From the NCBI GenBank assembly GCA_000442015.1, contig KE561209.1, positions 310,001 to 374,000 on the forward strand: DNA of 64,000 nucleotides, in the 5' to 3' direction. The notes beneath the pieces were generated by a model that saw only the letters and a list, made by a program, of their open reading frames with translations, was not told the DNA's origin and did not search any database. The position numbers were made by a program, and so were the translations under genes. Within the stretch, counting starts at the first letter, position 1; each line of letters opens with the position of its first letter. Shown piece by piece: positions 59,687-64,000 of the stretch. The stretch comes from Rozella allomycis CSF55 (taxonomy: Eukaryota).

Positions 59687-60755
59687 NNNNNNNNNNTAAA
59701 AATTTGAATAACTTTCTAAAATCTTTATACAAATATTTCCTGAGAAATTCAGTACTGTCCATTTATTATACCAAGTGTGGTGAAGGACTATATTTGAATA
59801 TGAATATTTTGTTGTTTTTAAATCCATATAAAATGAAGCAAGCGATAATAATTGGAGTATTGCATGTTACCGCAGGCGCAATCATGCAAAGAATTTGTAG
59901 ATTAAAGTAAAAAGGATTCAATTTTCATTGAAATATTCAACGATACCATGTTTCGTATCTTATCTGCACAAACCTTTTATCTCGCGTATATTTTTTCGTA
60001 ATAAGATATTCGAGCTGTGTATTAATACCTCATTGGTAAATGCGACATTGCTTTCCCGTCACTGAAAACAACTTCCAATATTGTCTCTTTTTTTATAATT
60101 TATTTACTGAGACATGGGAAACATGCCGAGTAAATATCTTTTTGACATTATATTTAAACGAGTATTTGCTCAGCCTGTTTCCCGTGTCTAAATAGCTCAT
60201 TGAGGGGAGATTTTCTTTTTTTACCCAACTATCAACAAACAATTCTTTGATCATATGAAGGATTTAGTTATTCAGATGACATATCCGCGGAATGAAAAAG
60301 AAAATGGGACAAGCAAGAGAAATTATAATTAGGTGACCGAGAAAGAAATTTCTGATATTCCAGATCTCTTAGTGTTATAAGCACTCATAGTCCGCAACGG
60401 CATGGTTAGGTTCCTTGTTCAATGGGTATGGATTCCACTGGAACTTTAATAGAAAATGTTGAGTTTGCAGATGATACCCTGGTTAATATCACTTGAATAT
60501 AGTAATGCGCAGCCAAGTATCATGCGGAATGATAACTCGCTTATTATATTTTGGGTATTATTTTTCGCAGGGATATAATGTCCTTTCTAATAACTGGAGG
60601 CATTTCCATAATTTGTAAAGAATGGAATAAAGAAATGCAGAATCACCTCAAAGTGAATCCTTTCCTTCTTTAATGTATGAAAGTGAAGACCACAGGTTTG
60701 GATTACCTCCCTTAAAAAAGCAATTTTATTTTTAGGATTCATTATGTGCACAACT

Positions 60756-61474
60756 TCACCATTCACTATAGACAGCTTGATCGCACTGTGAGCCCTGTTT
60801 TCTTGTCGCGCCATAAAATATTTTTATCAAATATATATTGTTGAATGAAGTATTAATCCATGGCGTGTGATGCATAAGAGAACATTGATCTTGTGAAATA
60901 ACTATGTGCTTTAAATTAAATTGGTTTAATAGAGCAGCAATATTCCAAAAACAACTACGATTAGTCAACAGTGATTGATATACTCTCTGTCTTGTATTGT
61001 GACTAGAGCATAGCATTGATCATTTTGTGACAAAGCAGAATAAAGGGTATAGATAAATTTATCAAAAAACCAGGGATTGTAAAGTGTATCGGAAGCAAAT
61101 ATAAATGATACTTTCTCTTGAATTTGTTCTGCCCAAACGATTGGTTTGATTTTATACTTCAAAATTGAGTTGTGGCGACACGAGGTTTCAATATTATCAA
61201 ACCAAGATTTTTCTGGCAAGTCTGTTAATGTAACATTGGCACCGCATATTTTTTCTGCGACCATTGACACTAAACCTGTTCCAGAGCCCAACTAATCAAT
61301 TTTTGTTTCATTATTTACTTCCAAAGTCTTAAACCCGGTAAGATCTAAATTTTTTGCGATATAGTTTGCGAGAATAATAGCGCAGGGCCATGTGTAACTA
61401 GAGTAGTTTTCTGAAGAGCTTTCTAAAACAAAAAATGGCTTGTCCTGTATGACAATCTTTTTAAGATTTTTCAT
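60756..61474 (-). CDS. Methyltransf_16-family (METTL23-like) protein methyltransferase, 2 introns
   Basis: YTWPCAIILANYI, TLE|LGSGTGLVS, LTDL, IFASDTLY; ORFs 61292-61474, 60965-61291 and 60756-61016 joined by short introns. Confidence 0.85.
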
Positions 61475-62013
61475 AAAGCCTAAAGGTGAAATGAGAATAT
61501 AAAGCTAGCTCCTGGTTCTAAAAAATTAATGAGAAAAAGACAAAAGTATGTATTCTACTACCCTTCTTCGTTGAAGTCTTGATTAAATTATTATCTTTTC
61601 TTATCGATTATTACGAGGAGACCATTAGCCTCTAAGCTCAAAAAGATTTAATTAAGATTTCCAATCAGCGATCAGCGATGTTTAATTTTAATTTTTAGAT
61701 ATCATTGTTGCACTCTAAATACTACAAGTGTGATTTTTTTCGATTTTCGCTCGTTAGAGAAATGACTGGTGACTACTAAATCGCAATTGTAAATAAATTA
61801 ATTGACCGTTCATTACTATTACGGAATTCCTTTACAGTTTCGGCACCATGACCATCATTGAAAATTGACCACTTCTGAACTCTGACAAGACTTGAAGTGG
61901 TGTATTTCCAAAATATTTCCTACTATGGCATTCTAAAGGCTTAAAATTATTAATTAACCATTTCATTATTGTGAGGCATCTTTCTAGTTTCTGGATCTCT
62001 GCGCCACATTGCC

Positions 62014-64000
62014 ATGATTCCTAATTATGCTGAACAAGAGTTGTGTGAACATATTAGAAAAGCACTTAATAATGAAGAAACAGCACCCAAGCAGAAACAT
62101 GTGAGGGCCATAATAGTTTTCGCCTTTGATTACGGAACAAGTGGACCGTTTTGGAATATGTTAGGATTGTTACCTATATTTTCTGATGAAATAGTCTGCT
62201 TTAAAAGTCTTATAACTATTCATAAACTTGTCAGTTCCGGACCGCCGATCGTAAGGTTATTAAAAAGTTATAAAAGTGTATCAAGGATGCCATAAAGAAC
62301 ATTTCGATATTAGATAACTGTGATCGATATGCGTCTGAAGGATATATGGGCTATTCTGTTCTAATAAAGCTGCATGTTAAGTTTTTGAAAAAGAAATTAG
62401 AACTCCATAAAATCCATCCAGAGTTTACTGGATCGTTTGACTTTAAGGAATACATTGCCTTAAAAAGAGTTGATGATCCAAATGATGGGTAATTTATTTA
62501 TTCCAACTTTTCAGTTATTTAACCATTAGTGAATTGATGGATTTGCAAGATTCCATTGAACAATTTCAGCACACAGTTTTCTCAAGTTTTAGGCCATCAT
62601 CTAATAACGAATGTAGAATTTCATCTTTGGTTCCATTGATCGAAGAATCCTTTGGTATTTACCAATTCGTCACATCCTTGCTCAAGGCTATGTTTAATAG
62701 TAATCAGTTGTAACAAGGAATATAGTTTTAAGCGACGATTGCGATGTTTTGTTGCCTTTAGTTGATAAATATAAAATTCAATTTACTGCTTTGAGAAAGT
62801 TTTACGACGAGTGTCGTAACATTCGCTTTCTGTCTACCCTTGTCAATATACCCCAGCTTCCTCAAGTAAATTCACGAATAAAATCTGTTAGAATCCTCCA
62901 GACTTTTCTAAATGTTCATCTCAGGCAATATCGAGAAGCGGTTCACAAAATTTGGTTGTTGCCCGGGAACCAGAAACAACCTTGGTTGAGACAACAGTAA
63001 CTTATAATCATTTTCAGGAGCAACAAAACCAAGAGATGTCACAGCAAATTCAAACTTTGCTTCTGCAAAATGAGATGGGAAAGCAAGCACTGCAGCAGTA
63101 TCAACAACATCTCAATGACATGCAATTTCAAATACAGCGATATAATTCAATTTTAGTTGAAAAAGAATCTTCCTACATGCAATCTTTAAATGCGGCAAAT
63201 GAAGAAACATCAATGTGGAGAAATAAATTCGAAGGCATGTCTAAAATCTACCAGGGTTTAAGGGGCGAGCATTTAGAACTTTTACAGAAGTACACGAAAT
63301 TATCACAATCAAGTGATAAAAAGGGTGAAATGAATCAAAAGGTTGAAGCTTTAAAAGCCGAATTAGAAAAGAAAAGTGTGGAATTGATTGACAAACAAGG
63401 GGCACTTGAAAGGCTTAGAAATGATCTTCAAGAAGAAAAGTCCCGCAACTCCAACTTTGTGATTAACACAAAGTCACATTTAGAACAACTGGTGGCTTCA
63501 TTGCAAAATAAGAATGAAAGTTTGTCGAATGAAATCGCATTAAAGGATATTGAAATAAAAAATCTTAAGAGTGATTTATTAATGATGAATGAGAAGCTTG
63601 AAGTAAAAATTTCACATACTTTTAATTTAGGCGATGAAGCAAAACGCTGATAATGAAATCGCTTCCTTGAAAAATGTAATCAATTTTCTTTGTATTCACA
63701 AGGCGTTACAATTAGAAACTTTACAGACAAAGGAACTTCAAAATCGAGAAATGGTGCTAATGAACGAAATAGTTGATCTTAAAAGTAAAAATAATCAATA
63801 AATATTAAAAGATAAATTAGGCGATGAAAATAAATCAAAAGACCTGGATGCTGAAATGAAGGAAGCTTTTCTTATAGTTCAGAATGCAATTGACAGGCTT
63901 GGAAGTCTAAAATCAGATGCCGGTTTTTTAATAAAGTTGGATAAAAATATCCATGAAAAAATCATTGAAACGACAATGAATTTAATGGATTCTATTGCAA
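62014..64000 (+). CDS. SLA2: Sla2/End4/HIP1R endocytic adaptor (ANTH + coiled coil), continues off the right edge
   Basis: EETAPKQKHVRAII, FKSLITIHKL, HPEFTGSFDF.EY, NECRISSLVPLIEES, WRNKFEGMSKIYQGLRGEHLELL. Confidence 0.93.

Noticed and set aside
59697-60750. Possible gene between the N gap and the methyltransferase
   Set aside because: Only short ORFs; I could not build a consistent spliced frame or find a motif.

Overview
Eukaryotic, AT-rich, very compact genomic DNA with many ultra-short (about 26-30 nt) GT..AG introns, so the ORF track splits most genes. Gene content and intron style suggest an early-diverging fungus or fungal relative; a Rozella-like (Cryptomycota) endoparasite is my inference, not something the sequence proves. 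The scaffold has about 30 single-n contig joins and two N gaps, several flanked by near-identical duplicated ends that look like uncollapsed alleles. Conserved genes: UBE3D-like, SF3B1, SH3-RhoGEF-PH, a large HEAT-repeat protein, an OSR1/SPAK-type STE20 kinase, a TLC protein, an MBOAT/wax synthase, TOPBP1/Dpb11, ELYS-like, an EHD/dynamin-like GTPase, a peroxisomal ANT1-type carrier, eIF3g, MEMO1, RTF2, LTN1, a METTL23-like methyltransferase and SLA2. Accessory content: hAT transposon pieces (one locus with TIRs and an 8-bp TSD), a degenerate Ty3/Gypsy gag-pol, ankyrin and F-box-ankyrin genes, and several signal-peptide proteins. Best leads: (1) a 753-aa secreted protein with a putative papain-like triad and a C-terminal CAE..CxxC deaminase-like domain; (2) repeated 3-5 kb domains of strand-asymmetric cytosine loss that ignore gene orientation; (3) a membrane protein built from an isolated Hsp70 substrate-binding-like domain plus 13-aa repeats; (4) a SET protein with a signal peptide; (5) a TSD-bounded hAT locus enclosing host-like genes. 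All family assignments come from motif recognition by eye, without database searches.
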